DNA of 64,000 nucleotides from Pseudomonadales bacterium. GTDB taxonomy: Bacteria > Pseudomonadota > Gammaproteobacteria > Pseudomonadales > UBA5518. A program made the translations under genes and the position numbers. The DNA lies in the NCBI GenBank assembly GCA_022072145.1, contig JAJVIG010000002.1:71517-135516 (forward strand), given 5' to 3'. Every line of letters begins with the position of its first letter. Positions within the stretch are counted from its first letter, which is position 1. Below, piece after piece: positions 1 through 9,538 of this stretch. The notes under the pieces are model-generated. The model was not told the DNA's origin. It searched no databases and saw only the letters and a program-made list of their open reading frames with translations.

Positions 1-885
1 TCGGGGCGGGTTCGAGCTTCGAGTTGCGGCTGCCGTTGGGGGTCGCGCACGCCCCGCTGCCGGAGCCCGCGGTCGTGTCACCCGCGCTTACCGGGTCAGC
101 CGCCTGGAGCGAGGCACGGATCCTGGTGGCCGAGGACAACGAAATCAATCAGCGCGTGATCCTGCAGCAGCTGAAGTTGCTCGGGCTGGGGGCCGACGTG
201 GCCGACAACGGCACGCGCGCTGGAACTGTGGAGCGCTGGCGGCTACGACATCGTTCTCAGCGATCTGCACATGCCGGAGATGGACGGCTACGCGCTGTGC
301 CAGGCGATCCGTGCCGCCGAGCGCGGCGGCGCACGGGTACCGTTCGTCGCGATCACGGCCAACGCGATCAAGGGCGAGGCCGAGCACTGTCACGAGCTAG
401 GCATGGACGACTACCTCACCAAGCCGGTGCAGACGGAGCGCCTGCGCGCCATGCTCGAGCGTTGGCTGCCGCGTGCCCCGGCGGCCAACGGTCCGAACAC
501 GGAACATGCAGACGACGCCTCCCTGCGTGATGCCGTGCTCGATACCGGCGTGCTCGAGGAACTGGTAGGTAAGGATGCTGCCTTCGTGAACGAGTTGCTG
601 GCCGACTACCTGGCGTCGGCGCGCGACGGTGTCGCCGCGATTCGCCGCGCGCTCGCCGCGGGTGATGTGGCCGGTGCCGGTGCCGTCGCGCACCGTCTCA
701 AGTCCTCGTCGCGATCGGTGGGCGGAACGCGCTTCGGCGATGCCTGCGAGGCGCTGGAGAAGGCAGCGAAGGGGCTCGCGCGCGAACCGCTGGGCGATCG
801 CTACGCGCAGGACTTCGAGCGCGAGTGGGACACACTGCAGGCGCGCATCACCGGGACGCTCCCGCACCGCCCGCCGACCCCGTAG
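1..885 (+). CDS. hybrid sensor histidine kinase, 3' part (HATPase tail, REC, HPt). The 5' end lies outside the window and the reading frame breaks near nt 213.
   Basis: The frame starting at nt 3 reads GAGSSFELRLPLG...RILVAEDNEINQRVILQQLKLLGLGADVADNG, which is the end of the ATPase domain and the start of a receiver. From nt 214 a different frame continues with RALELWSAGGYDIVLSDLHMPEMDGYALC...DDYLTKPV, followed by an HPt domain (VAHRLKSSSRSVG). The stop is TAG 883-885. Confidence 0.8.
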
Positions 886-972
886 GTTCGGCCTGTGGCC
901 GAACATTCGATGCGCGATGCCGATCGATGTCCGGGCGATGCCGATCGATGTCCGGGCACAGCCCGGACCTAC
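882..972. repeat. REP cluster A (GTAG-type two-hairpin element with an internal 21-bp tandem duplication)
   Basis: The sequence is GTAGGTTCGGCCTGTGGCCGAAC ... GTCCGGGCACAGCCCGGACCTAC. The same two hairpins recur in six other intergenic sites of this window. Confidence 0.9.
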
Positions 973-987
973 GGGTGAACAGACGTT

Positions 988-1006
988 GTCCGGTCACTGA
1001 CCGGAC
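988..1006. terminator. possible bidirectional hairpin between convergent genes
   Basis: GTCCGGTCA-C-TGACCGGAC forms a perfect 9-bp stem that overlaps the stop codon of the LRAT-like gene. There is no U-tract. Confidence 0.25.
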
Positions 1007-1515
1007 GGGCCGGAGGCGTCGCGGTCGAGCAGGGCGCTGACGACCGACTCGCGGCGCCATTGCCGGTAGCTCGCGCGATCCAGCACGGCGCGCCACAGCG
1101 CCTGGATCTGCTCGCTGTCGCTGATGCCGGTCTTGCACCAGGTCGCGAAGTGCTCGCAGTTGTGCAGCACGATGTCGAAACGCGCTTCGCCGAGCCGGCT
1201 GCGCGCACGTTCCACCACCGCCCCGGGTGAGAACGAGGTCTGTGTCCTGCCGCCGCGCAGCAGGGCCGCGAGCTGCACGTGCAGACGTCGCGGCAGGCTT
1301 CTGGTGTCGCGCAGCCGCGCGAAGAACTCCGCGTAGTCGCGCACCAGGATTTCGTCACCACGCGCGAACGCGTCGATCGCCGTGTGTCGCACGCTGCGCG
1401 GCGAGTACCAGTGTTCGCCGCTGTAATGGATCACCGAGCCGTCGCCGCAGTCGATGCCGTGGTGTGCGTACAACCCGCCGGCGCGTTGCACGTAGATGTG
1501 GTCGCCCTTGGCCAC
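994..1515 (-). CDS. LRAT / NlpC-P60 superfamily (H-REV107-like) domain protein
   Basis: It has the H-box region YAHHGIDCGDGSVIHY and the catalytic-Cys motif NCEHFATWC. The start is GTG, preceded by GGAGGG. Confidence 0.75.
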   Translation of the reverse strand: MAKGDHIYVQRAGGLYAHHGIDCGDGSVIHYSGEHWYSPRSVRHTAIDAFARGDEILVRDYAEFFARLRDTRSLPRRLHVQLAALLRGGRTQTSFSPGAVVERARSRLGEARFDIVLHNCEHFATWCKTGISDSEQIQALWRAVLDRASYRQWRRESVVSALLDRDASGPSGQ

Positions 1516-1803
1516 GGCGCCTTCCCTCCGGTCCGCTGTCCGGTCAGCGCCGCTGCACCCGGGCGGTGGGGGGAAGGTGCTCGAAATGGTAGTCGGTCAT
1601 GGCGGCATCCCGGTTGTGCTTATGGCCGCAGTATCTCCCGCCTGCCGTCGATTGCAAGACGCGCCATGCAGGCGACACCCGTCGCAGGTGGGTGGTTCCG
1701 CGGTCGCGCCTCCGGGGGTGCGATCGAACGGTCGGCACCGGGTGTGGATGTCATCGCGCCGGCGATTGGCATATGCTTTACCGTGAATATAAGGAAAATC
1801 GTC

Positions 1804-4077
1804 ATGAGCATCACGAATCACTTCGGAGCGTGGTTGCACGGCACCCGGCGTCTGCCGGGGTCGGTCTGGGGAGCGCTGGCGCTGGGTGGGCTCGCACTGC
1901 TCCTGTGGATCGACACGCTGACGCCGAAGGGCGTGGCGGTCGGGTCGCTGTACGCGGTGTGCGTGCTGCTGGCCGGCTTCGCGCGCAAACGGCTGCTGCT
2001 GCACGGCGTGGCCGGGCTCGCCGCGCTGCTGGTGGTGGTCGGCGGCATCCTGTCACCCGATGTCGCCGACGCCGAGGTGATGCGCGGACACTGGCTGATC
2101 AACCGCGCGGCCGGACTCGCGTGGGTGCTGTTCGCGCTGGGCTTCGCGCGCATCGCGCTGGCTGCCGAGCAACTCGCGGCCGAGCGTGCGGCGGCGGCGA
2201 TCGAAGCAGCCGAGCGCCACGGCCTGCGCCGTTTCCGGCACCTGGCCGACGCGATGCCGCTGACGGTCTGGAGCGCCGCGCCCGACGGGCAGATGGATTT
2301 CCTGTCGCGCCAGATCAGCGACTACTGCGGTCGCGGCGAAGACGAGATCCTGCGCGAGGGCTGGGGTGCCATCATCCACCCGGATGAACTCGAGCGCGCG
2401 CGCGATGCGTGGCGCGCATCGGTTGCTGCGCAACACCCGCACGAGCTCGAGGTGCGATTGCGGCGTCACGATGGTGAATACCGCTGGCACCAGTTGCGCG
2501 CGCTTCCGGTGTGCGACGAATCCGGCGCCATCTACGCGTGGTTCGGTTCGATCAGCGACATCGAGGGCCAGAAACGGCTCGAGCTCGAGGCGCGGCATCT
2601 TGCCACGCGACTCGCGAACGTCATGGCGAGTATCACCGACTCGGTGCTGGTGGTCGATCGCAACTGGCGCTACACCTACGTGAACCCGCATGCGCTGGCC
2701 CTTTCCGGGCGAGGCGAGAGTGAACTGCTGGGACATGTGATGTTCGAGGTGTTTCCCGAGATGATCGGTACCGAGTACGAACGCCGCTACCGGATCGCGA
2801 TGGAAACCGGCAACGTGCAGCGCTTCCAGGGCTGGTATGAGCGAGACAAGGTGTGGCTGGATACCAACGTCTACCCTTCGCCCGAGGGGCTGACTTTCTT
2901 CATCCGCGACGTGACGCACGAACATACGATCGAGGCGCAGTTCCAGGCCGCGCAGCGCATGGAGTCGCTGGGACGCCTCACCGGCGGCATCGCCCATGAC
3001 TTCAATAACCTGCTGACCGTGATACTCGGCAACGCGGATCTGCTGGCCGACGAGATCGACGATGCCGAGCGCCGGGCTGCTGCCGACATGATCGCCGGTG
3101 CCGCGCAGCGTGCGGCCGAGCTGACCCAGCGGCTGCTCGCCTTCTCGCGCCGGCAGGCACTCGCACCGGAGCGCATCGACGTCGATACACTGGTCGGCGG
3201 CATGCATGCGTTGCTGTGTCGCGCGCTCGGCGAGCACGTGGAAATCGCGTTCGTGAACCATGCGGGACTGTGGCCGGCGTTGATCGATCCCACGCAACTC
3301 GAGAGCGCGATCCTGAACCTGTGCATCAACGCGCGTGACGCGATGCCCTCCGGCGGGCGGCTGACCATCGAGACCGGCAACGCACACCTCGACGCCGATT
3401 ACTGCGCGCGGCATACGGAGATCGAGCCGGGCGACTACGTGATGATCGCCGTCTCCGACACCGGCACCGGAATCGCGCCGGAACACCTCGCGCGTGTGTT
3501 CGAGCCGTTCTTCACCACCAAGGACAAGGACAAGGGCACCGGTCTCGGGCTCGCGATGGTGTTCGGTTTCATGAAGCAGTCCCGCGGCCACGTCAACGTG
3601 TATTCGGAACCGGGCCACGGCACCACGGTGAAGCTCTACCTGCCGCGCGCCGGCGAAGCAGCCGCAGCGCCGGTCGCCGGTGCTGCCATTGCCGAGGTGC
3701 GTGGCGGCACCGAGACGGTGCTGCTGGTCGAGGACGACGAACTGGTGCGCGCCTACGCGCGGGTGCAGCTGGCCGGCCTGGGCTACCGCGTGCTCGAAGC
3801 CCCCGACGGCCCGCACGCGCTGCAGCTGCTGCGCGAGCACCCCGAGGTTGCACTGCTGTTCACCGACGTGGTGATGCCGGGCGGCATGAGCGGGCGTGAC
3901 CTCGCCGATGCGGCGCTGCGCCTGCAGCCCGCCTTGCGCGTGCTGTATACCTCCGGCTATACAGAGAACGCGATCGTGCACCACGGCCGGCTCGACCCGG
4001 GGGTGCGGCTGCTCGGCAAGCCGTACCGGCGCGCCGAGCTGGCGCGCCAGGTGCGGGCTGCGCTCGACGAACAATGA
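1804..4077 (+). CDS. PAS-domain hybrid sensor histidine kinase / response regulator
   Basis: ATG 1804 (MSITNHFGAW...) is followed by TM helices and PAS repeats. The H-box is GGIAHDFNNLLTVILG and the ATPase boxes are DTGTGI and GTGLGLAMV. The C-terminal receiver reads VLLVEDDELV...FTDVVMPGGMSG. The upstream part of ORF 1279-4077 is antisense to the LRAT gene and looks non-coding. Confidence 0.9.
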   Translation: MSITNHFGAWLHGTRRLPGSVWGALALGGLALLLWIDTLTPKGVAVGSLYAVCVLLAGFARKRLLLHGVAGLAALLVVVGGILSPDVADAEVMRGHWLINRAAGLAWVLFALGFARIALAAEQLAAERAAAAIEAAERHGLRRFRHLADAMPLTVWSAAPDGQMDFLSRQISDYCGRGEDEILREGWGAIIHPDELERARDAWRASVAAQHPHELEVRLRRHDGEYRWHQLRALPVCDESGAIYAWFGSISDIEGQKRLELEARHLATRLANVMASITDSVLVVDRNWRYTYVNPHALALSGRGESELLGHVMFEVFPEMIGTEYERRYRIAMETGNVQRFQGWYERDKVWLDTNVYPSPEGLTFFIRDVTHEHTIEAQFQAAQRMESLGRLTGGIAHDFNNLLTVILGNADLLADEIDDAERRAAADMIAGAAQRAAELTQRLLAFSRRQALAPERIDVDTLVGGMHALLCRALGEHVEIAFVNHAGLWPALIDPTQLESAILNLCINARDAMPSGGRLTIETGNAHLDADYCARHTEIEPGDYVMIAVSDTGTGIAPEHLARVFEPFFTTKDKDKGTGLGLAMVFGFMKQSRGHVNVYSEPGHGTTVKLYLPRAGEAAAAPVAGAAIAEVRGGTETVLLVEDDELVRAYARVQLAGLGYRVLEAPDGPHALQLLREHPEVALLFTDVVMPGGMSGRDLADAALRLQPALRVLYTSGYTENAIVHHGRLDPGVRLLGKPYRRAELARQVRAALDEQ

Positions 4078-6836
4078 CCGGGCACGGAGTGGACATGGAA
4101 CATCTGGCCGCGTTGCGCTGCCTCGCGATGCGCTGCGCGCTCGCCACGGCGGCGGTGGCTCTGCTGGCTTCGGGCGGACACGCGTTGGGGCTGCGCACGC
4201 TGGCGGCGCTGGGCGCCGGCGAACCGATACGCATCGGCGCGGCGCTGGGGTTGCTGGCCGGAGCCGCCGGGGTGGCGGCGTTGATCACGGGGCGCGAGCG
4301 TCTTGCACGGGGTGCCGCGTTCGCACTGCTGCTGATCGCGCTGGGGATCGTGGGCCGTATCCAGTTGGCCGACGGCTGGTTCTGGCCCGCGCCGGCCACC
4401 GGTGTGGCGCTGGCGCTGGTGGCGGCATCGCTGCTCGCCTTCGGCGCGCGGCGCATTCGCGTCGCGGAGGCGTGCGCGGTCGCGGCCGGCGTACTGGCGC
4501 TGTTCGCGATGATGCGCACGCTGCTCGGCGTGACCGGTGACGGCGGCCTCGTCGCGCTGACCTGGATAACGTTCCCGGCCGCGCTCGGCCTGCTGCTGCT
4601 GACCGCGGCACTGCTGCTCGCCGAGCCGCGAACCACGATGGTTCGCCTGCTCGCCAGCAGCCGGCTCGAGGGCGAGATGGCGCGCTGGATGCTGCCGGCG
4701 GCGATCCTGGTGCCCACGGCTCTGGCCGCGCTGCATCTGCTCGGTCACGACCGCGGCTGGTTCGGCGTCGATTTCGGGCTGGCGCTGATGATGACGGTGC
4801 TGATCTGTCTGCTGGTCGGCGTGCTGTTCGGCAATGCCAGCCGACTGCGCGCGCTGACGCTGGCCGAAGAAGAGGAGCGCGCGCTGCTCGACGACGCGCA
4901 GACGCTGGCGCGCCTCGGCAGCTGGGTGCTGGACCGGCGCAGCACACGCGTCGATTACTCGCCGCAGTGCGCGGCGCTGTTCGGGTTGGCGCCGCAGCGC
5001 CTGCAACCGGGACTGGCGGGACTGCTGACGCTGGTCTGTGACCGTGACCGCGTCGCCTTCGCGAGTGGGCTCGATGCGCTGTCTGCCGCGAATCCGTTGC
5101 TGCAGACCGAAGTCAGGATGTGCCATGTGGACGGCGGTGAGCGCAGCGTCCTGGTGCGGGCACGCGCCGAGATCGACGAGGACGGCGCCGTGGAGCGCGT
5201 GCTCGGTACGTTGCTCGACCTCACCGAACTGCGCCGCAACGAGCACGCGCTCGCCGAGCGCGAGCAGCGGCTCGCCACGCTGCTGCAGAGCATCGGTGAC
5301 GCCGTGATCGCCACCGACGCCAACGGACGCGTCGAGCACATGAATCCGGTCGCCGAGCGCATGACCGGCTGGAATATCGACGAGGCCAGGGGGCGTCCGC
5401 TCGCCGAGGTGTTCCACATCATCAACGAGCGCACGCGGATGCCGGTCGAGAACCCGGTGGGGCGGGTGCTGCGTGAAGGTCGTGTGGTCGGACTCGCGAA
5501 CCATACCGCGCTGGTGCGCCGTGACGGTGACGAGCGCTCCATCGCCGACAGCGCCGCACCGGTGCGGGACCGCGACGGCAATGTCACGGGCGTGGTGATG
5601 GTCTTCCACGACGTGACCGATGTGCGGGTGGCGCAGGAAGAACAGGAGCGGCTGCGCGCGCGACTGGTCGCGGCCGATCGGATGGCGTCGCTGGGACTGC
5701 TCGCGGCCGGGGTGGCGCACGAGATCAACAACCCGCTGAGTTACGTGATCGGCGGGTTGTCGGTGCTCGAGCCTTCGCTGTTCGACCGCATCCACGACGC
5801 TGCCCGCGGCAGCGCCGCGGAAAACGCGCTGGCGCCGCTGATAAGCGAGGGGCGCGAGCTGGCGCACGATTGCCAGCAGGGCGCCGAGCGCGTGCGCCGC
5901 ATCGTGGGTGACCTCAGCGCCTTCGGCCGCAACCACGACGACGACCACAGCGGCGCGAACGTGCACGAGGCGATCGAACTGGCGCTGCGCATGGCCGGCA
6001 ACCAGATCCGCCCGCGCGCGCGCATCGAGACCGCGCTCGCCGCGGTGCCGCCGGTGGCGATCGGGCAGGCGCGCCTGGGGCAGGTGGTGTTGAACCTGCT
6101 GGTCAACGCCGCGCACGCGATCCCCGAGGGCGTTCCGGAGCGCAATCTGGTGCGCGTGGCCTGCCGCACCGAGCCCGACGGCCGGCGCGTCGTGATCGAG
6201 ATCCAGGACACCGGCTGCGGTATCGCGCCCGAGAACGTGGCGCGGCTGTTCGACCCGTTCTTCACCACCAAGCCGGTCGGGGTGGGCACCGGGCTCGGTC
6301 TGTCGATCTGCCATGGCATCGTGACCGCCGCCGGAGGCGATATCACGGTAGACAGCGACCCGGGCAAGGGCAGCACGTTCCGCCTGCTGCTGCCGGTGGC
6401 GCAGCGCGCCCCGAATGGCGTGGTGATCGAACCGAAGCCGGCGCTGCCGCCGGTGCGGCGGGGCCGGATCCTGATCATCGACGACGACCCGCTGGTGGGC
6501 AAGATCATCGCGCGCGTGCTGCAGCCGGACCACGACGCGGTGATCGCGACCGACTCGCGCGCGGCGCTCGAGCGGCTGCTCGGCGGCGAGCATTTCGACG
6601 CGGTGCTGTGCGACCTGATGATGCCCGGCCTGAGTGGTATGGACGTGCATCAGCGCCTGTCTGCGATACGCCCGACGATGCTCGCGCGCTTCATCTTCAT
6701 GACCGGCGGTGCGGTCAACGCGGCGGCGCAGGATTTCGTGCGCAACGTGGCGGAGCGCTGCATCGGCAAGCCGGTGGACAAGCGCGTGTTGCAGGACATG
6801 CTGCGCGAGGTGATCGGCGGCGTGGCGCACGAGTGA
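4074..6836 (+). CDS. membrane-bound PAS-domain hybrid sensor histidine kinase / response regulator
   Basis: The start overlaps the upstream stop as ATGA. The protein has a polytopic N-terminus and two PAS domains. The H-box is AAGVAHEINNPLSYV and the ATPase boxes are DTGCGI and GTGLGLSICH. The receiver reads ILIIDDDPLV...CDLMMPGLSGMD. Confidence 0.9.
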   Translation: MTGHGVDMEHLAALRCLAMRCALATAAVALLASGGHALGLRTLAALGAGEPIRIGAALGLLAGAAGVAALITGRERLARGAAFALLLIALGIVGRIQLADGWFWPAPATGVALALVAASLLAFGARRIRVAEACAVAAGVLALFAMMRTLLGVTGDGGLVALTWITFPAALGLLLLTAALLLAEPRTTMVRLLASSRLEGEMARWMLPAAILVPTALAALHLLGHDRGWFGVDFGLALMMTVLICLLVGVLFGNASRLRALTLAEEEERALLDDAQTLARLGSWVLDRRSTRVDYSPQCAALFGLAPQRLQPGLAGLLTLVCDRDRVAFASGLDALSAANPLLQTEVRMCHVDGGERSVLVRARAEIDEDGAVERVLGTLLDLTELRRNEHALAEREQRLATLLQSIGDAVIATDANGRVEHMNPVAERMTGWNIDEARGRPLAEVFHIINERTRMPVENPVGRVLREGRVVGLANHTALVRRDGDERSIADSAAPVRDRDGNVTGVVMVFHDVTDVRVAQEEQERLRARLVAADRMASLGLLAAGVAHEINNPLSYVIGGLSVLEPSLFDRIHDAARGSAAENALAPLISEGRELAHDCQQGAERVRRIVGDLSAFGRNHDDDHSGANVHEAIELALRMAGNQIRPRARIETALAAVPPVAIGQARLGQVVLNLLVNAAHAIPEGVPERNLVRVACRTEPDGRRVVIEIQDTGCGIAPENVARLFDPFFTTKPVGVGTGLGLSICHGIVTAAGGDITVDSDPGKGSTFRLLLPVAQRAPNGVVIEPKPALPPVRRGRILIIDDDPLVGKIIARVLQPDHDAVIATDSRAALERLLGGEHFDAVLCDLMMPGLSGMDVHQRLSAIRPTMLARFIFMTGGAVNAAAQDFVRNVAERCIGKPVDKRVLQDMLREVIGGVAHE

Positions 6837-6872
6837 CGGGTTTCGGGTCGCCGTCGGCGGGAGGGCAGGATT

Positions 6873-7346
6873 ATGCCGGTAGTGTGGCGTGAACAGCTCG
6901 CGGTCGGCGATCCGCAGATCGATCAGGACCACCGCTACCTGCTCTGCCTGTTCAACTGCATTGAGCTGTCGCTGAGCAGCGCCGAGACGCTGGGCCACCT
7001 GCCACTGTTCTTCGGCCAGTTGCTCGAGTATACGTGCGAGCATTTCCAGCGCGAGGAGGCGCTGCAGGCGCGCGTCGGCTACCCGGCGCTGGCGGAGCAT
7101 CGCAGCGCGCATGCGCGTATCGTGGAGATGCTGGTCGAACTCGATGGCGGACTGCAGCGCGAGTTCGCGCTACTGGGTGGCGTCGAGAACGTGGCAGTGA
7201 TCGACGGGACCCGGCGCGCGGCGCTCGATGCGTTGCGCGCGCGGCTGGGTCCGGAACTGCTCCAGCTCGCGCGCGAATGGGTGATCGAGCACGTGATCCG
7301 CATGGACAAGCCGATGGAACCGTGGCTGCGCAGGGCGGCGTGCTAG
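6873..7346 (+). CDS. bacteriohemerythrin
   Basis: It starts with W-x5-G-x3-IDQDH and carries the di-iron ligand motifs HFQREE, EHRSAH and EWVIEHVIRMD. An RBS GGGAGGG lies upstream. Confidence 0.85.
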   Translation: MPVVWREQLAVGDPQIDQDHRYLLCLFNCIELSLSSAETLGHLPLFFGQLLEYTCEHFQREEALQARVGYPALAEHRSAHARIVEMLVELDGGLQREFALLGGVENVAVIDGTRRAALDALRARLGPELLQLAREWVIEHVIRMDKPMEPWLRRAAC

Positions 7347-7348
7347 CC

Positions 7349-7723
7349 ATGCCGCCGCAGCTGGTGGGCGCCGACGGCGATCGGGCGGTCGACTGGGGAA
7401 CGCTGGAGACGTATCTGGAAAGCGACGACCGTGCGCTGATCGACGGATTTTTCGCCGATTTCCTGCGCCACGCGCAGACGGCACTCGCCGAGATCGATGC
7501 CGCGGTTGCCACCGGCGATATCGCCCAGGCAGGTCGTGTGGCGCATCGACTGAAGTCCTCGGCGCGCATGGTCGGGGCGAGCCGGCTCGCCGATGCCTGC
7601 CAGGCACTCGAGAGCGCCGGCGCCGCCGGCGATGGCGACGCGGTGCATGCACGACATCCCGTGCTGGCAGTTCTGCTGGATGCGGTGCTGGCGGCCGCCG
7701 CGCAGCGTGGCATCCGGCCCTGA
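7349..7723 (+). CDS. HPt (histidine phosphotransfer) domain protein
   Basis: It contains the motif GRVAHRLKSSARMVGASRLADACQALE. The ATG lies 2 nt after the hemerythrin stop. Confidence 0.85.
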   Translation: MPPQLVGADGDRAVDWGTLETYLESDDRALIDGFFADFLRHAQTALAEIDAAVATGDIAQAGRVAHRLKSSARMVGASRLADACQALESAGAAGDGDAVHARHPVLAVLLDAVLAAAAQRGIRP

Positions 7724-7808
7724 ACGCGGTGCCCGCACACCATTGGATACACCTGCGGCGCTGGGCTAACATCCGGGCGTGCACACCGGCATCGGGACGA
7801 GATCGATC

Positions 7809-8573
7809 ATGAGATATGCGCCACCCGACCTGGCAAAGCTGGACATCCTGCTGGTCGAGGACGATGCCTTCCAGCGCCGGCTCACGGTGCAGGCGTTGCG
7901 CACGCTCGGTTGCGAGCGCGTCACGGCGGTCGAGGACGGCGTGCAGGCGCTCGATCATCTGGCGCGCGAGCGCTGCGCGCTGGTGCTCAGCGATGTGCAC
8001 ATGCCGCGCATGAACGGACTCGAGCTGCTGCGCGAGATCCGCGCCGGAAGGGCCGGCGTGCAGCGCGACCTGCGGGTGATCCTGCTGACCTCGTTCTCGA
8101 ACACCGAGGTACTGGGCGCGGCGATAGCGCTCGACGTGAACGGCTTCCTCGTCAAGCCCCTGCGCAAGGACCTGATCGCCGATCGGGTCGCGATGGCGCT
8201 GGGCGAGCGCATGCATCTGCGCATCGGCGCCGCCTACGCGGTGGTGAAGACCGAACTGGCAACGCTGCAGGCGGCCGATGAAACCGTACCGCCGGAGGAC
8301 GAGCCGCTGCCGCGGCACGCGCTGCCGCCGCTTTTTTCGCGCGCGGCCAAGGCAGGAGTCACCGAGCGCCAGATCGCGGCGGATCAGCTCGAGCCCGGGA
8401 TGCGGCTCACGCGCGATGTACGCTCGCGTGACGGCCACGTGCTGATCGCGCGGGGGCAGACGCTGACCGACGGCAACGTCAACCGCTTGAACGACCTGCG
8501 TTCGCTGATCGACGACGGCGGAATCTGGGTGGCCGACACGCCGCCGGCTGTCCCGGGGGGAACATCGGCATGA
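7809..8573 (+). CDS. response regulator (REC plus an uncharacterised C-terminal module of about 120 aa)
   Basis: The receiver reads LDILLVEDDAFQRR...LSDVHMPRMNGLELL...VKP. The C-terminus carries an LEPGMRLTRDV..G.VLIARGQTLT motif of the kind seen N-terminal to HD-GYP-type regulators. An alternative GTG start exists at 7779. Confidence 0.8.
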   Translation: MRYAPPDLAKLDILLVEDDAFQRRLTVQALRTLGCERVTAVEDGVQALDHLARERCALVLSDVHMPRMNGLELLREIRAGRAGVQRDLRVILLTSFSNTEVLGAAIALDVNGFLVKPLRKDLIADRVAMALGERMHLRIGAAYAVVKTELATLQAADETVPPEDEPLPRHALPPLFSRAAKAGVTERQIAADQLEPGMRLTRDVRSRDGHVLIARGQTLTDGNVNRLNDLRSLIDDGGIWVADTPPAVPGGTSA

Positions 8574-9538
8574 ACGGCAAGCTCGGGATCCGGCCCTACA
8601 CGCGCGGCCTGCACGACCTGGGCAACGGCGCCTGGGCGTGGCTGCAGCCGGATGGGAGCTGGGGCTGGAGCAACGCAGGGCTGGTGGTCGACGGCGAGCA
8701 GACGCTGCTGGTCGATACGTTGTTCGATCTGCGCCTGACCGGCGAGATGCTCGCGGCGATGCGCCGCGCGGTGCCGGCGTCGCGGCGCGTGGCGACGGTG
8801 GTGAACACGCACGCCAACGGCGATCACTGCAACGGCAACTGCCTGCTGCCGGAAGCCGAGATCGTCGCCACCGCGGCCGCCGCCGGGGAAATGGCGCACG
8901 AGTCGCCGCAGGTGATGCTCGACTTCCGCCAGGCCGCACCCGCGCTCGGGGAGATGGGCGAGTTCTTCCTGCACTGCTTCGGCGCCTTCGAGTTCGAAGG
9001 CATCACGCAGCGCCTGCCGACGCGTACCTTCAGCGGAGCGCTGGAGCTGCACGTGGGTGACAAGCGGGTGCAGCTCACGCAGGTGGGACCGGCGCACACG
9101 CGCGGCGACACGCTGGTGCACGTGCCCGACGATGCGGTGGTCTACACCGGCGACATCCTGTTCATCGAGGGACACCCGATCATGTGGGCGGGGCCGGTGG
9201 CGAACTGGATCGCGGCCTGCGAGCACATCATCGCGCTCGCGCCGCAGACGGTAGTGCCGGGCCACGGGCCGATCACCGACCTGCGCGGCGTGCGCGCGGT
9301 GCGCGATTACCTCGTCTACATCCGCGACCAGGCCCGCCTGCGCTTCGACGCCGGCATGCCGGTCTACGAGGCCGCGCTCGACATCGCGCTCGACGATTAC
9401 TCCTCGTGGGGCGACGCCGAGCGCATCGTGGTCAACGTCGACACGCTGTACCGCGAGTTCGCGGGCAGCGACGCGCCGGCCGACGTGGCCGGCATGTTCG
9501 GGGCGATGGCGCGTATCCGCCGGGAGCGCGCGCGATGA
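8570..9538 (+). CDS. MBL-fold metallo-hydrolase
   Basis: It has the metal motif NTHANGDHCNGN and a later GDTLVHVPD...PGHGP. The start overlaps the regulator stop as ATGA. Confidence 0.85.
   Translation: MNGKLGIRPYTRGLHDLGNGAWAWLQPDGSWGWSNAGLVVDGEQTLLVDTLFDLRLTGEMLAAMRRAVPASRRVATVVNTHANGDHCNGNCLLPEAEIVATAAAAGEMAHESPQVMLDFRQAAPALGEMGEFFLHCFGAFEFEGITQRLPTRTFSGALELHVGDKRVQLTQVGPAHTRGDTLVHVPDDAVVYTGDILFIEGHPIMWAGPVANWIAACEHIIALAPQTVVPGHGPITDLRGVRAVRDYLVYIRDQARLRFDAGMPVYEAALDIALDDYSSWGDAERIVVNVDTLYREFAGSDAPADVAGMFGAMARIRRERAR

Noticed and set aside
3957-7112. A 1051-aa ORF on the minus strand, with similar long antisense ORFs at 2053-4074, 10063-12165, 17454-18944, 20355-22436, 23317-25341, 35442-38183, 47096-49180, 52364-54271, 54914-56572, 58420-59751, 59874-61172 and 61046-62578
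   Set aside because: All lie opposite genes with clear domain motifs. Their translations are Arg/Ala/Gly/His/Pro-rich low-complexity strings with no recognisable motifs. Stop-free shadow frames of this kind are expected at about 70% GC.
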